Shown here piece by piece: positions 62,424 through 64,000 of a stretch of 64,000 bases of DNA. A model generated the notes under the pieces. It was not told the origin of the DNA. It searched no databases and worked only from the letters and a program-made list of their open reading frames with translations. The stretch lies in NCBI GenBank assembly GCA_025201805.1, contig MU619389.1, forward strand, positions 1-64,000, read 5' to 3'. The first letter of the stretch is position 1, and the number at the start of each line of letters is the position of its first letter. This DNA is from Parasitella parasitica NRRL 2501. Taxonomy: Eukaryota > Fungi > Mucoromycota. A program made the translations under genes and the position numbers.

Positions 62424-64000
62424 GGCTCTGTCATAGTGAAACCAAAAAGTTCAATCAAGGCAAACCCTATCATCCTTAAATTTTCAGGTGCAATTTTCAT
62501 ATCAGCCAAAGATAAAGAAGTTATCCCACTATTTCAGCTGAATAAACTACTGCCAATCAATGGTGGAAAATCAAAAGTTCTGGACGCAAAAACGTATAGT
62601 TTTCCGTTTGAATTTACTGTTCCTGATAATTTACCCAGTGCAATGGATGTAAGTGCCATTTTTTTGTGTGTGAAGAGTCGTATTAAATAGCATCGTTTTG
62701 GTTAGTTTGGGAAAAATAAGATTGCAAAGATTTATTACAAATTAACGGCGATATTGGATAGGCCGATGATGCCAGAGAGCTTATGTTCAAAGATTGAATA
62801 CCCAGTGCTTGTATTGGAATATGTGGATGTGACAAAAGACAACTTTACGAAACCGCTTGAAAAGCAAAAGCAAACAACAGCATCCCACATTAAATGCCAC
62901 GCCAAGTTGTCTGTACCAAGAACTGGATTTACCAGAGGAGAGACTGTGCCTGTGAATATCGTTGTCAACACATTTCAAAGCTTTGTTAAAAAGGAAGCGC
63001 TGGTGATTGATTTAGTGCGCAAAGTAAAGGTACAAACCTCAAAGTAAGTTTCTGGGATGGTTAAAGGCGTACGGGCCATTTCTCACAGACAGCTTCTTTT
63101 AGAAACACTCTGGACGAAGAGCACATTCTAAAATCAAACAAATTCGACTTGAACATTATTGGACCTTACAACTTTTCGCAATCCATCACTAGTCAAATGC
63201 TAATCAAAACAACACCTCCCACCATTCGATACAAGGATAAAGCTATGCACATTCATTACAAGATAAGGGCCCAAGTATTTTTGTCAGATACGAGAAAAAC
63301 ACCAACATGCGTGATAGAATTGCCACTGGTTATTGGCACATGGCCTCGTGCTGATGTCCCTATTGACGACGACGACGACGATGACATTATTCAAAACATG
63401 GGTGAAATGATGATAGGCGATGAAATCGACGACGATGATGAAGAAGAGGACGACGCCTGGATCAAACAACAAGAGGAGTTGGCGTTCAAAAGACAATCCT
63501 CATTCAACAATGCCGCTCAAGTGCGAAGATCAGGCTCAAACGGTTCTCTTGAGTCCATGTCATCTTGGATATCTCAGTCAACCATGGACCGTCGTATATC
63601 TGCAGGTACGAGCCCGACAACAACGACGACAAGCGGCGGAAGCAGCAGCCATTACATGATACCCATCGACAGCTACCAACGAAATACCCTCCCCCCAGTG
63701 AGCGGACTGAAGATATCTAATGGATATTTGAATAGATCAACATCTACGCCCGATCTCTTATCAAATCCTCCTCCACCACCACCGCCTCAGCAGAGCAGAG
63801 CCAGGGTAATTGATCCTTTAATGCGCGCCTCGTACTATGAACCAATACCATCGCCTACCTCAGAAAATAGCGTAGGCCATCGATCCAGTAAATCAATGCA
63901 CACAATTCAACCTTCGTATTCGACCTATACACTCCAACCAGCTCACCATCCGCAGCAACAGCAGCCTTCACCCACACGCCATCTTCGCTTGGGATCAGAC
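62424..64000 (+). CDS. Arrestin-domain (alpha-arrestin-like) protein, partial
   Basis: YSFPFEFTVPDNLPSAM, IYYKLTAILDRP, LSVPRTGFTRGETVPVNIVV, PPTI..IHYKI and ELPLVIGTWP, followed by a Pro-rich tail. The 5' end is in the gap and the 3' end runs off the window. Confidence 0.85.

Overview
AT-rich, intron-containing fungal DNA; gene content and TE relics suggest Mucorales, which is an inference. There are assembly gaps at 233-1192, ~18469-18944, ~53983-53992 and ~62256-62400. Housekeeping genes: a small PLDc_N-type membrane protein and a 10-exon PPIL1-type cyclophilin (both absent from the ORF track), a Nop13-like RRM protein, a ZNF830-like protein, PP2A B'/B56, a PfkB (pseudouridine kinase-like) kinase, mitochondrial malate dehydrogenase, an MFS sugar transporter, Tra1/TRRAP, an FAD monooxygenase, NDUFA4/MLRQ, a Nudix hydrolase, AUR1, LTV1, a Bfr1-like protein, a Tvp15-like protein and a partial arrestin. 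Accessory DNA includes a dispersed repeat in two copies (one carrying a clean 627-bp MITE), Tc1/IS630-like relics, a REase-fold pseudogene and an orphan Hsp70/actin-fold-like gene. The most interesting signal is a family of Rpn/YhgA-like PD-(D/E)xK nuclease genes at two loci. (1) At 1257-3009, an intact nuclease gene with a coiled coil and a putative HTH tail sits tail-to-tail with a shorter paralogue that lacks the catalytic residues and shares its intron position; the pair is bracketed by inverted GGTGTC arrays. (2) At 49850-50624, a ~775-bp fold-back palindrome is built from two broken copies of the same family and flanked by GGTATC motifs. Together they suggest an uncharacterised selfish or defence cassette (nuclease plus pseudo-nuclease partner, possibly restrained by hairpin RNA); the function is a hypothesis.
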